DNA of 64,000 bases from Tubulanus polymorphus (lineage: Eukaryota > Animalia > Nemertea), in contig NC_134028.1 in assembly GCF_964204645.1 (NCBI RefSeq), forward strand, positions 17,863,653-17,927,652, written 5' to 3'. Below the pieces are notes generated by a model, which saw only the letters and a program-made list of their open reading frames with translations, was not told the origin of the DNA and did no database searches. Below, one piece after another: positions 12,990-27,040 of this stretch; within the stretch, counting starts at the first letter, position 1; every line of letters begins with the position of its first letter. Position numbers and translations under genes: made by a program.

Positions 12990-13850
12990 CAGGTTATTCT
13001 ACTATTCAACGCCCCCTGGTGACCATATAGAATAACTAATTTCCTTAAAACTCACCACAATCATAGATGATGTCAAACAACAAAACGGTAAAAAAATATG
13101 TATTGGTACAAATATAATATAGAAATACTAAGATATTGTATTATTCAACGCCCCCTGGTGGCAATATACAAAAAACAATGAACTTGAAACTCATCCCAAT
13201 CATAGAACACGTTATACGCTACAACTTTCTAATTCAAACAAAATATGCTTAGGTATCAATATAATGTCGAAAAACTTTTTCCCACCTACGAATGAGTACT
13301 AGGCCTAATGACACCAAGATGGCCGCCAATTGCGTCATAATTGGCGGATCAAAATTACCTGTCTCTGGTATAAAACATCCCTTTCCAAAGAATACCCATC
13401 ACAAATTGCAATGAGAAATGGCAAACCAGTAGGAAGCTACAGGACCTAGAATTCTGGCCAAAATTGACATTTTTGGGCACTAAAAAGGTCATAGGACGGC
13501 CATCTTGAGTCAGATGGACCCAATTTTTCTTATGCTGATGGGCCTTGGTAGATTCAAATATAATCGAAAGATCAAGGTAATTGATCAAAGCGTCTTCAAA
13601 ATTTCCCTCGTAAACTTCAAAAATGTGTAAAAAGTGCTGATTTTGGCGAACAATGGCCACCAGTCGGCCATCTTGATTCTGACAGGGCCAGTTTTTGGGC
13701 TGAAGATGTGTCTAGGGTAGATACATGTATAAACCAAATATCAAGACGTTACCTTGAAGCGTCTTCAAAACTTCCCAAAATAACTGGATTCCGTCGACGG
13801 ACGAAAAGTGAACGCAATAGCCCGCTGGGACTAAAGTCCCAAGTGGGCTA
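12990..13850 (-). mobile_element. HINE family A truncated copy (2 internal repeats)
   Basis: Units at ~13005 and ~13144, conserved core, end palindrome tagcccgctgggactaaagtcccaagtgggcta at 13818-13850. Confidence 0.8.
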
Positions 13851-16800
13851 ATAAACTTCGTATAGATACAATCAAGATAATTCCACCCAATAATTCCACT
13901 GTTCAACGATTGACGCGCAGCTTAAAAATGGCGCCGCCATTCACTACGCTAGTCACGATGTATCTCTTCACACTTGAATTACAAGAGAAACGATCGAAAT
14001 CTAGCAATTTGATTATGAAAATAGCAGCACTATAATTGAAAAAAGTTAATAAACCACAGGTGCACTCTGCCGCCGCGATTCGCCCATTCAACGATAAAAA
14101 CTTTCCTACGGTCTTACTATCAGCATTTTCTAATAATTTAGGGAAATATTTTAAACAAATTTCACACTCTGCAATAAAAAAGATTTAAGTATTTATTCGT
14201 TTGACAAATCTTCCTCTGAACTCCCACCAACAAGTTATAAGTGGCGACACGAAAATGACATCATCGACTCACTACCATCTTATAACCTTCAGGTAACAAA
14301 AATAGTTTATAAGAAATACAGGCATATTCATAATTATAGGATTTCAATGTTCACATTTTATCTGATACAAAATTTGAATGTTTTTATCTTCTATTTTTGC
14401 CAACCTTTTGTATCATCCATTTTAGATGATGTAAAACAGATTGTGGAATGTCCGCTGGTACTGCAAAATAGTAAGTGAATATTCAATGTGAGATAAAGGT
14501 TAAGGGGTTACTCGGTGGATCATGTAGGAATTTATTGTCACTTAGACAGAACAAGGATCTCTTATTAGTTCATTAGAAAAGGGCTTCATGTAGAGATCAT
14601 TTGACCACCTCTAGCCCAAGCAAACCTAGAGTAAGGGTTAACAAACAACAATAACCCTGGTGTTGCAAGGGCTATGAAACCATACAAACTCAAGGTGTGC
14701 GGCGATATGAATGGAGCTAGCTGATTGGTTCAGGGATTGGTAAGGGTCCATGAATACTTACAGTAACCTTTAGGCACCAACTCAGGTGTTGTAGGCGACT
14801 TCAATTGAGCTACTATATCTCCAATGCTAATAGTTCGACCGCCTACAACAATATATATACATATATATATGTATATATAGAATAATCTTTTTCTTGTGTT
14901 AGATTAATAGATTATGAATAATTACCTCGCTTATTATGACTAGATAATGAGCTGTAATGTTTATGCTGCTGGCACTCGACACCCCACATTGCGGCACGTG
15001 AGTGAGTTTTATAATTGGCCTTCAATAAAATTTTTGCAATACATTTCACTTTCCGAACTATATTTCGACCACTGACAGCAGACATATTTGAGTGTAATAA
15101 CTGCATTTCACTGAAAACAAAGAAGACCAATAGAAGATTCATATCTATATGTACATGTATAAGCAAAGCACTGAGTTTGAAACCAAAGGGTTGTTTCTGT
15201 TTTTACGTATTGATACTCTGAAACAATAGGTCAATTTTCAGCTATTTTGTTATACCAAAACAAAATATATAGGCCTATGCCATCAAAGATTTCTATTGAA
15301 ATGAATTTGACATCATCGCTAGATAAGGCAAGCACATTAAGGCACAGCTCTGAACGTGCAAAATTTTATAGCACTGAATATTTTGGGGGGGTTTGGGGGC
15401 CCTCCCCCAAGATAATTTTAGAAATTAAAAGCGTTTTCCAAACACTTAGAGCGATCTTGAACCCATGAACAACTATTATATTTTGGAAGGTTATGGCTAT
15501 TTCCAATGTGGCACATCTTCATTAATTCATGAATGCTCACTAAAAATCATCACACAGTGTATAATATCTTAAGGTGTTTGCCACGTACGCGTGTGGCAAC
15601 AGTAATAGGCCTATATACATTACTACTGTTGCGGCACGCACATGTCTGCAACCCATCGATAAAATAAATACATATCGTAGTAGATACAAAATCAGCGTTG
15701 CAATGCAATACGCATCGATAAGTAAAACAGGCGCTGAACGGTTCACCCGATCACCAATGGCGCCGGACCTCCCCCTATACTTTTTTTAAATCATTTTTGG
15801 ACTATTTGGAAAAATGATATGTTTCAATACCGAAATGGCTAAACTGCTAATTGTAGGCCCACTATTGACTATTGAGTCAATTATTTTAAAGTGGCTCAAA
15901 ATTCTATTCAAAACCCTACTAAATAGAGAGTAACCACAACACCGTACACAAAAAGCCCACAGCCGTATATGAAAATACGGAGAAACCGTACGGATTGGCA
16001 GTCTGAAACTGTATAAAAAGTGCTGATCTTGACGAACAACAATGGCTGCCAGTCGGCCATCCTGATTCTGACAGGGCCAGTTTTTCATTCACCCCAATCA
16101 GTCGCTTGCCGTTTTAGACTGCTTGGAAGATTGTTTGAATGAACCGGAACCGAATTTCCAATTATGTACTTCGATTTAAAAAAGAAAATTTTGTAAATTA
16201 GACCGCGAGCAAACAACTATATCTGTACTTCGATTTCCGATTTCAAAATCAAACCCCCTGTTTCGCTCCCGGCAGGTGTGGTGGGTCTGTAAGGGACACT
16301 CAATCAAAAAATCTGACAAAATTTACAAACCAAATAAACAACAGGGACAATCCCTATTTTAAGATCAAAAAAAAAAAAAGATTAAACGGGGGGCCGGAGC
16401 CCGTTCAGATTAAGCAAGGGACCAGAGTGTTGGCCAATTAACATTAACCAAAGGGACCAGAGTTGGCCCGTTAAGATAAAGCAGAGGAAATTGTGGTCAT
16501 GATGATTTCATTTTGATTCTCAAGATGATCAAACTAAGAGAATTTATTTTATCTGTATATTGATGTTCAGCGAATGTTCTTGGGAAAAAACAATTAAGTG
16601 TCTTCCAAAAATAAAAATATTCCTCCCAAAAACCAAATCAACTAAAGCTTTCACAGAAATCGATCTTGAAATACAATTTTAGATCTTAAAATACAACCCA
16701 AAAGTAAAACAGTAGACGATACCGCGGGTTCACGTGAACACCTGCTGATTTCTGCGGCTAAGCCAATCAGAAGAGTCTTTGCTTTCTGATTGGCTTTTCA

Positions 16801-17387
16801 AAACCAATATTTTTGCAATCAGATATTCGCCAAAAAGCTCATATAAATTTTAACGAGGCCCTCTTTCAAAATTCAGCTGCGTAGAGTTTGGAGAATGGAT
16901 AATGCTTTAATGAATGATTTGTATGAATATATGCTCAGTTGCACAGTAAAAGACCCTTTGATCTGGAACCATGTCATTTAAATTCGCTCCATTTGTATGG
17001 TAAAAGGCTCAGCCTACGGCTGGCCTAATAATAACGAATATTAGGCCTATCTATTTTCTATATCTAAAAGGAATGCAGAAACTTCAACCTATCTAGGATG
17101 CCTTTTACATAGGCCTAGATGTACAGAAATGAATAGGCCTATGTGTGCAGATTATGTGACTCTGAAAATATTGATGAATAGGGCCTATCATCTTATCATA
17201 GACATAGGTTGCGAAAAACATGACTATCTGACCTGTGGCTGTCTCCTAAGGGGAGGCTACCAGCAAACAATGTTTTTTTTTCTTGGCTAAATTGAGTCAG
17301 TAACCTGACTATGGTTTAGTTTCACGATAGGATATTTTCACAAACCACAGTCAGGAATGGGAAGGTCACTAGGCCCTACCTATATTG

Positions 17388-20100
17388 CTAATGTCTATTT
17401 CAACCTGACTTGAGAGCATTCCGGGTGGCCTAGCTCGCTAATTTTTGGTAGTACATACATGATACTCCATGATTTGAAAGTTTAACAATATGTTTCCATG
17501 CCTACCAACTAAAATTTGATACGTAGGCATGGAAACATATTGTTAAACTTTCAAATCATGGAGTCTCTTTTCTCTCAGGAACCCCTCTCAATGCATATTT
17601 TTTGGATATCCTTCAATACAGTTTCAAATGGATTAAAAAATGATGATTTAGGTCGACTGCCAATGCATTCTGGTCCTGATAAGACTTCTATGTACTAAAG
17701 TCTATTAATTTTTGATTGTCCACGATCTTTTTGGGATATTTCGCTTAATTTTGAGTGTGCATACCTTAAATAGGTCTTAATCGAATCAGTAGAGTTGTGC
17801 AGTCCAGATAAATCATCGTTTTTATATCCATTTTACACTGTTTAGAAGGATTGATGAATATTCTCGAAAATTGAGGTTTAAATCCACGAGAAAGACCGCC
17901 ATTTTGTTCGTTTTTGCTTATTTCTTTATGCAAATGAGGCATTGCACACATGCGCAATGAGGCGAGGATGCGTCAATTATATCATGGGGATGTAGCAGCT
18001 TCTTGTCGCCAAGAGACCAATCAACGACTCACAATATTACTCTAGAAAGCCGGCTTTGTCAAAGGTATCAAAACAATGTGGTTTGGCATTGATTAAGGCC
18101 TATGATAGCGCAACCATTATGGCCGTACCCACGTAGTGAAACATGTGCGAGCAACGTACTCTCCCCATAAACTAGGGGTCCAGGGACACCATGCCCACTT
18201 GGGAAGTGGTTCCAAATGCTCAACAATCTAACAATTCCAATATTCAACGCCCCCTGGTGACCATTACAGAATCCAATGACCTTGAAACTCACCACAATCA
18301 TAGAATAGGCTCCTATGTCAGCAGCTACGATTTTGTAATTGATTGTGATAACAAAATATGCCTCGTTACCACTTTAATATGGAAATACTAAGTTATTCTA
18401 CTATTCAACACCCCCTGGTGACCATATTCAAAACCCAGTGACCTTGAAACTCACCACAATCATAGAACATGTCACGAACTATATCTTTGTAATTGATCAT
18501 GGTAACAAAATATGCCTAGGTACCAATATCATAAGGAAATACTAAGTTATTCTACTACTCAACGCTCCCTGGTGACCATTACAGAATCCAATGACCTTGA
18601 AACTCACCACAATCATAGAATATGTCAGCAGCTACGATTTTGTAATTGATTGTGATAACAAAATATGCCTCGTTACCACTTTAATATGGAAATACTAAGT
18701 TATTCTACTATTCAACGCCCCCTGGTGACCATATTCAAAACCCAGTGACCTTGAAACTCACCACAATCATAGGACATGTCACGAACTATAACTTTGTAAT
18801 TGATCATGGTAACAAAATATGCCTAGGTACCAATATAATAAGGAAATACTAAGTTATTCTACTATTCAACGCCCCCTGGTGACCATATAGAATAACTAAT
18901 GGCCTTAAAACTTGCCACAATCATAGATGATGTCATGAGCTACAACTTTGCAATTGATTGTGGTTACAAAATATGCATTGATACTTATATAATATAGAAA
19001 TACTAAGATATTGCATTATTCAACGCCCCCTGGTTGCCATATACAAAAACCAATGACCTTGAAACTCACCACAATCATAGAACACGTTATGAGCTACAAC
19101 TTTCTAAATGATTGTGGTAGCAAAATACGCTTAGGTATCAATATAATGTGGAAAAACTTTTTCCCACTTACGAATGAGTACTGTTGACACCAAGATGGCC
19201 GCCAATTGCGTAATAATTGGCTGATGAAAAATACCTGTCTCAGGTATAAAACATCCCTTTCCAAAGAATAACCATCACAAATTGCAATGAGAAATGATAA
19301 ACCAGTAGGAAGCTACAGGACTCAGAATTTGGGCCAAAATTGCCCAAATTTTGGCACTAAAAAGGTCATAGGACGGCCATCTTGAGTCTGATCGACCCAA
19401 TTTTTGTTATGCTGATGGGCCCTGGGGGAATTCACATATATCCGAAAGATCAAGGTAATTGATCAAAGCGTCTTCAAAATTTCCCTCAGAAAGTTCAAAA
19501 ATGTGTAAAAAGTGCTGATTTTGGCGAACAACAATGGCTGCCAGTCGGCCATCTTGAATCTGACGGGGCCAGTTTTTGGGCTGAAGATGTGTCTAGGGTA
19601 GATACATGTGTAACCCAAATATCAAGACTTACCTTGAAGCGTCTCCAAAACTTCCCAAAATAACTGGATTCCGTCTACGGACGGACGAACGGACGACGGA
19701 CGAAAAGTGAACGCAATAGCCCGCTGGGACTAAAGTCCCAAGTGGGCTAAAAATTAACTTTCCCAGATCACATGGTACACACTGCTCATTTGCATAAAGA
19801 AGTAAACAAACTGGAACCAAATGGCGGTCTTTCTCGCCGATTTAAAGCTCAACTTTCGAGAATATTCAATCAATCCTTCCACTCGGTACAAAATGGATAT
19901 AAAAACGATGATTTTTCTGGACTGCACAACTCTACTGATTCGATTAAGACCTAATTGAGGTATGTACGTTGAAAATTACGCGAAATATCCCAAAAAGATC
20001 GAGGACAAACAAAAATAAATAGACTTTAGGTATGTACTACCAAAACTGACTGAGCTAGGCCACCCGGAATGCTCTTAAGTCAGGTTGAAATAGTCATTAG
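17388..20100. mobile_element. Foldback-type DNA element with ~320-bp inverted arms, containing a HINE insertion
   Basis: 17388-17460 plus 17695-17940 is the reverse complement of ~19785-20100 (also visible as similar pseudo-ORFs 17766-17957 minus and 19772-19954 plus). Confidence 0.75.
18171..19749 (-). mobile_element. HINE family A full-length copy (6 internal repeats)
   Basis: actaggggtccagggacaccatgcccacttggga at 18171; (ggac)n microsatellite at ~19678-19702; terminal palindrome 19717-19749; units at ~18243, 18403, 18558, 18711, 18865, 19019. Confidence 0.85.
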
Positions 20101-20138
20101 TAGCGGCGTCTTCCCACTAGACCACCGAGCTCGCTTAC

Positions 20139-20490
20139 GCCTTCAGAGTTGTGCCAGCCAGAAAGTTGGGACAGTCACGTGACATTTTGATGATGTCATC
20201 ATATTTAAAACTTTAACATGAAAAGTTAACATATTCACAGACCGATATCAATTAGGCTAATTGTCAGATTATGATTCATATGAAATTAATAACTTATAAA
20301 GAATAAATTATGATCAAATATATAATTCATAGACAAAAATGCATTTGAATGTAGGCTAAGTTATTCTCAAATATTTTTCGTATCATAGTTTCCATCTTAG
20401 ATGCTTCAGGTTTGCATTCAGTCAAATAAGAAGCGTTAGGCTAAGTCATGTGACTGTCCCAACTTTCTGGCTGGCACAAATTGAAATGCG
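20139..20490. mobile_element. Probable MITE with ~35-45-bp TIRs
   Basis: ttgtgccagccagaaagttgggacagtcacgtgac (20149-20183) inverted at 20445-20479 with one mismatch; no clear TSD. Confidence 0.6.
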
Positions 20491-21324
20491 TTTCATCCCT
20501 TGTGATTTTATATAGTAGGCCTAAAGCGTGACGACCGCCTGGTGATGATCCTTAACGACCAATTTTTCATCGGAACTTTATAGCGGATAAATTAACAATT
20601 TAAACACAAGGTAGGCCTATTTCCATGATATTTTGAATTTATTCGCAGTTCATATTTAGCGCCATTCTCGCGAGATTATCAACAACCTGGAAATAAAATC
20701 CAAGCCTATCGCCAAACCCCTGTGCTTTACCCTAGAAACCAATCGGAACCCTAACCCCGATAAAATGATTTCATTGTTACTTTATAGTGAATACCATATG
20801 TACGGCAAAAATAGCGGAAGTAAACACTTTGCCGTTGGTATACGGTTATCCACTTCGTTACTTTTATTAGACAGGCCTACGCAAAATAACACGAGCCTTA
20901 CACCAACCACCCACCATTAGATTTAGGTACCTTTCGGATATTTCAGTCTGCCTTTAGTAGTGTGATATGTTGATAGTAAGTGATATCTTCATAGATACAA
21001 ATTCTTAACTTGGCTGGATTCCCTGTAGGCCTGACATGTTGACATGACAGAGAATTACTGAATTTTCCATGAGCCATCCACGTTCCCGTCTCGACCCGTT
21101 ACGTTATGCCTACTGTCTCGACCCGTTCCCGTCTCGACCCTACCGTACAATAGCGCCATCGCAGTCGATGAATTGAACTAAAACACTACGGCGCGTATCG
21201 GATTCGTTTTTCGCATGTGATAAATGGTTGAAGAACGATCAGTGAAACCTACCAAGAATTTTAAAAAGTCAATTAGATTTTTTTAAACTTTTCATTGAAA
21301 AGATCGAATGAAGGAAACGGTATA

Positions 21325-21513
21325 AGTAATAGGGGTAATAGGCTTTCAGATCAAAGGTCGAACGGTCGCGAGCTCGTAAAAAATGAAAATAACAATAATT
21401 TACAGTTGAATTAGTCGCGCACACTCCTAATTCAACTGTAAATTATTGTTATTTTCATTTTTTACTCACTCGCCCCTTCACCTTTAACCTGAAAGCCCAT
21501 TACCGCTATTACT
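21325..21513. repeat. Terminal palindrome/hairpin of Polinton-like copy 1
   Basis: AGTAATAG...CTATTACT; perfect 39-bp inner arms 21376-21414/21427-21465, 12-nt loop, imperfect outer arms. Confidence 0.9.
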
Positions 21514-21763
21514 CTTAAGATATTCACATATACATGAATAAAATATAAATGAATAACATTTAAATTGACAGATTATTCAATATAAAAGTGTAAGCTCCTA
21601 TAGAATAGATATATAGATACATTTTAAACATTATTTCAATATTCATATTTGTATGAGTTAGATTTTTTAACATTAAAAGTGTTAGTAAAGTGTGATTGAA
21701 ATAATACATGATATAAATCATTGAACTTCTAAAATCAATTTTAATAAAAAATTTAGTATTAAA

Positions 21764-24700
21764 ATGGAAGCAAATAAGTACTACTGCCCAACATGTAATA
21801 TCAATATAGATAAATCCCAAAAAGCAAGACACAATAAAACTAAAACACATTTAGAGAATAAATTGAAACTAGAATATGAAGATGATATATTAGAAACTAA
21901 ATTAGATGAATTAAGGAATGAATAAGAAATATATAAATGTGATACATGTAATCAATCATTCAGTGATAAAAGATATTATAAAGAACATTTAAAATCTAAA
22001 AGTCATATTAGAAATATGAATAATGATATTTTAGGTGAACATTATTTTGATAAAGATAATGATAAGAAACAGAAGACAATTAAAAGCATAAAAAATAAAT
22101 TAAACAATAAAAGACCATACATGGAAGATGTAAGAAAATATATTAATTTATTGGATAATAAAAAAGATATAGAGATAACCGAAGCATTTAAAAGTGATAT
22201 TGGCTCAGCAGCTATCGAGTTTGAATTTCATAAAGGAAAAACATTAGAAGAAAATAAAAAACATTTAGAAAATATGAAAGAAATAATAAAAATAATAATA
22301 GATGTTGAATATCCTAAAATAAGTATTTCATCAAAAGTTAAATTCATAAAATCTGAAGATAAACCAATATATAATATAAATTCTCATTCACAACATATTA
22401 TATATAAACAACATATAGATGATAAATTAGATAAATGTTATAATGAAGTAAAAACTAAAATAGAAGAGAAATATTTTGAAGGATCTGGTTTAATATTTGA
22501 TGAAATAATATTTATGACTTTACATGTTTATAACACAAAATATAATAAGTTAACTAAATCAAAACCAATAGATGAAAATAATGTATCATATTATAAAGAA
22601 CCAGATATTGAAGCATCGAGTTATATTAAACTACCATTTAAAACTAATGCTGTAATAAATGTACAAAATTTTGATGATAAATGTTTTCTATGGGCTATAA
22701 TAAGTTGTTTACATCCTGCAACTTATAATATTTGTAGATTAACTAATTATAAACCATTTGAAAATAATTATAAGATAGATAAGTATCCTGTTATAATTAA
22801 AAACATCCCAAAAATAGAAAGAGATAATAATATAAAGATAAATGTATTTGATTTAATCAAATTACCAAATACAAAAGGTAATAATATAAAACATTATACA
22901 TTAGAACCTTTATATCTATCAAAAGATTATGATTCAAATGATGTTATAGATATATTATATTATGAGAATCATTATATGTGGATTAAACAAATAGATTTAT
23001 TCTTTAGAACAGAAAGTGATCACCATAATAAAATATATCTATGTAGAAAATGTTTACATAAATTCAGTAATGAAAGTACATTATTAAATCATAAACAATT
23101 ATGTGAAAATCATGATTATTGTTAATTAGTTTTACCAAATGAAAAGGATAAAATATTAGAATTCAAAAAATATGATTACAAAAATAAAGTACCATTTGTA
23201 ATATATGGAGATTTTGAATCATTAAATAAAGAATTAACTGATCAAGATAGAAAAGAAATATATTATAAAATAATGAAATTAAATTCTAATGAAAATGATT
23301 TTTCAGATGAACCACCAAAAACAAATACAATTAAAAAGATTCATCAATCAGCTGCTGCTTTCGGGTTATATATTAAATCTGATTATCCAGAACTAATTGA
23401 AAGTGAATATTATAATTACAGAAATGAAAATGTTATCAATCATTTTTGTGACTTATTAATTGAATATGAAATAAGATATAGTAAATTATTGAATACAAAT
23501 ATAGAAATTATAATGACAGAAGAAGATAAAGAAGAATTTGTGTTTGCAGATGAATGTTATTATTGTGAAAATATATTTAATTTTAGAGATAAAAAAGTAA
23601 GAGACCATGATCATTTGAATGGAATGTTTAGAGGCGCTGCACATGAGAATTGTAACTTACAAGCTAAGAAAATTAACTTTGTTCCAGTTATATTTCATAA
23701 TTTATCAGGATATGACGCACATTTATTTATCAAACAGTTATGCCATAAAATAGAAGAAATCAATAATGAAATAGAAAGATTAAATTCAAATAGATCAAAA
23801 GATAAAATACCAACTTATGAATTTAAAATGTTAGCTAAAACATCTGAGAATTATATATCATTCCAATTTGGTTGCCTAAGATTTATAGATTCATATAGAT
23901 TTTTAAATAGTTCATTAGATAACTTATCAAAATCATTAGTTGATGATGAATTAAAAATATTAAAGCAACACTACCCAAATAATGATGATTTTCAATTAAT
24001 GAGATATAAAGGCGCAATTCCATATTCATTTTATAAATCCCATAATGATTTTAATATAACTGAATTATTAAAAGAACAATTCTATGATGAATTAAAAAAT
24101 GAATATGTTAAAGATGAAGTATATAATAGAACATTGAATATTTGGAATCATTTCAAAATAGAAAATCATGGGCAATTAGTAGATTTATATTTAAAATCAG
24201 ATGTATTATTATTAACCGATATATTCGAAAGGTTTAGAGATGTAAACCTAAAATATTTCAATATTGATCCATGTCATTGTTATTCTAGTCCAGGTTTAAC
24301 ATGGGATTGTGGATTAAAATTTACAGATATAAAAATGGATTTGTTAACAAATATAGATCAATTATTATTATTTGAAAAATCTATAAGAGGAGGAGTTTCA
24401 GGTGTATTAGGTGATAGATATTTCAATGTAAATGATAACTCTGGATATAAGTAATTATGTATAGATGCAAATAATTTGTATGGTTGGGCAATGATGGAAC
24501 CACAACCTTATGGAGTATTTGAAATAAGTGAAGTTTCACAACATGAAAATAATGATAAATTTGATTGGAAGAAAAGAATCCTAGATATTGCAGATGATTC
24601 AGATACTGGTTACTTCTTTGTTGTAGATTTAGAATATCCTGAACATGTTAAATTTAAATCTAGAAATCTAGCATACTGTCCAGAACATAAAACTGTAACT

Positions 24701-25798
24701 CATGAAGAATTATCAAATTATCAAAAAAGAATTAAACCCGAAAATCATATTCATACAGAAAAGTTAATGGTTACTCAAGAAGATAAATATAATTATGTAG
24801 TACATTATAGAATGTTGAAGTTTTATCTAAAACAAGGAATGATCCTAAAAAAAGTACATAGTTATATTTCATTAAGTCAATCTAAGTGGTTAGAAAAATA
24901 TATAGATTTTAACACCAAACAGAGAACTGAAGCTAAAACTGATTTCGAGAAAGATTTCTCCAAGTTAATGAATAATGCATTCTATGGTAAGACTTGTGAA
25001 AATATTAGAAATAGAAATGATATTGAGTTAGTTAGTAATGGTAAAAGGATAAGGCATTTACAATCATATCCTAAGTTTTTAGGTAACAGAATATTTGATG
25101 ACAATTTAGTTGCAGTTAAAATGAGAAGAACATCAAAGAAATTTAATAAACCAATCTATGTTGGCGCTTCAGTTTTAGAATTATCAAAATTACTAATGTA
25201 TGAATTCTATTATAATGTATTACAACCACTTTTTGGAGAAAAACATATAGAAATACTATATTTTGATACTGACAGTTACATATTAAAGATAAAAACTAAC
25301 AACATAACTGATGATTTAAAAACATTAAAACATCATTTTGATTTCAGTAACTATCCTAAAGATCATGAATTGTTTAGCAATGATAATAAAAAAGTTCCCG
25401 GTAAATTCAAAGATGAATTAGATGGCGAAGAAATGATAGAGTTCATCGGTATTAGATCTAAAATTTATTCATATAAAACTAAAGAACATGAAGCTAAAAA
25501 GTTAAAAGGAATAACCAAAAGTGTAGTAGAAAAGAATATTTATTTCAAAGATTACATCAATTGTTTATTCAATGAAGAAGTTAGAAAACATAAGATGAGA
25601 TTTTTAAGATCTGAAGATCATGAAATGTTTATTGAAGAAATTGAAAAGATAAGTTTAAACCCATTTGATGATAAAAGATATATTTTAGATGATGGAATTC
25701 ATACAGTTGCTTATGGTTGTAATTTAGATGAATACTTAAAATTTAAAAGAGAAGAAACAAAAGAGAACGAGATAATGAAAAGAATTCTAACGTGTTAA
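21764..25798 (+). pseudogene. Protein-primed family B DNA polymerase (pPolB) with N-terminal C2H2 fingers and endonuclease-VII-like insert
   Basis: Single frame from ATG 21764 with three in-frame TAA (~21923, 23123, 24452); motifs YGDFES, FHNLSGYD, FIDSYRFL, DANNLYG, KLMNNAFYGKT, YFDTDS, KLKGI; RDHDHLNG.FRGAAH.NCNL. Confidence 0.95.
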
Positions 25799-25827
25799 TC
25801 AAATTTTAATAAAAATATGTATTATAA

Positions 25828-26196
25828 ATGGAGAGTAAACAAACGCACAGTGAGAACAACAAATCATTTCTAGATAGAATTAAAGATACTACAAATGTCA
25901 AATCAGTAGATTATAAATTTGAGAAGTTAATAGAATTAATAATCCATAAGAAATATCTAATTACAAATATTGTTACAGTTACTAACAAATATGGAGATAA
26001 ATTAGTTATACACTTAGAATATGAAGGATTAAAAGGAAATACATATAAATTCAGAACATATTTACCGGATAGATTTCATAGATTATCAAGTGAAGATCTA
26101 GAAGAATTATGTTCTGGAGATTTCTATTTCGTATACAAAGGTAGGAATGAAAAAGGGCACCATGAAATATTTCGAATAAGAAAATATGTAAAATAA
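25828..26196 (+). CDS. Conserved 122-aa hypothetical protein of the Polinton-like virus
   Basis: ORF starting at TAAATG; homologues at 55836-56185 (-) and 58699-59025 (+) sharing F.KL..L, T.KYG.K, FLPD.F..LS.E.L, Y.G.NE.GHH. Confidence 0.8.
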   Translation: MESKQTHSENNKSFLDRIKDTTNVKSVDYKFEKLIELIIHKKYLITNIVTVTNKYGDKLVIHLEYEGLKGNTYKFRTYLPDRFHRLSSEDLEELCSGDFYFVYKGRNEKGHHEIFRIRKYVK

Positions 26197-26722
26197 ATGG
26201 CGGAATTAAAAGAATACAGAATATTTGTTGATTCTAGAAGGCTTACAAATTATAAATCTCATAATTTACTAGTTCAATTAGATAGGGAATATAAAAATTG
26301 TGTTGATTTAAAATTAGTAAATATAAGTTTATGTAATTCTTTTTATAATATATCGAATAAAACTGTTGAACATAGATCCTTTTTGATTTTTAATAAAAAT
26401 AAAAATGAATGGGCCTATATATATATCTAAAACCGGGGTTATATAATTTAGATACATTGGCACAAGAAATTAATAGAAAAGCCTGGCACAAGTCAGGTAA
26501 TAATTCCGGGTTTAATATTAGATTTTTAAAAAGTGAGAGTTCTAACAAAATAAAGATAAGGTTGGCTGATATTGAAAAACATAAATTTATGGTAAAAAAA
26601 CCTATAGCTAAACTGTTAGGAATTCCTCCAGATAAATCTTTTACAAATATTGAAGCTACACCAAACTTAATACCTTTTACACACTTTTATATTTATTGCA
26701 ATTTAATCGATCCTACAAAAAG
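26197..26722 (+). pseudogene. Putative minor capsid (penton-like) protein, frameshifted and 3'-deleted
   Basis: Beta-rich pattern IFVDSR..LLVQL..LKLVNISLCNSFYNI..KPGLYN..L..EIN..FYIYCNLID resembling PLV/Polinton minor capsids; frameshift in (AT)n at ~26420; full-length homologue at ~55070-55835. Confidence 0.6.
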
Positions 26723-27020
26723 CTTAGCATTAGAGAAATATAATAAAGCAGCAGAAGAATATAGAGAAAAGAAGCAAAACTATATGGATTATATTAACAA
26801 AGAATTATATGATCAGAAGATTTCACATAGAGATTTTCAATCAGTCGATGATGCAATGAGTTTATATAACGCGGTAAAAAATAAAGAAAAATTACATCTA
26901 CATAAACCTACAATATCAGATTATTATACCCCAAGTAATGAACAACAGAAATATGAAATAATATGGATTTTAGGTGGAACAGTTATTGTTATATTTGTAG
27001 CATATAGATTTACTAATTAG
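26723..27020 (+). pseudogene. 3' part of a C-terminally membrane-anchored viral protein, fused to the penton-like gene by deletion
   Basis: LALEKYNKAAEEY...IIWILGGTVIVIFVAYRF matches a separate gene at ~54038-54460 in copy 2. Confidence 0.75.
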
Positions 27021-27040
27021 AAATTTTTTTTGCTAAATAA

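Noticed and set aside
445-20000. Numerous 60-108-aa ORFs within HINE, MITE and foldback copies
   Set aside because: Not conserved in frame between repeat copies; no motifs.
21764-25798. TAA reassignment or readthrough in pPolB (three in-frame TAA)
   Set aside because: Stops fall at positions expecting different residues (e.g. K, L), TAA is the normal terminator of neighbouring genes, and other genes have frameshifts: ordinary decay.
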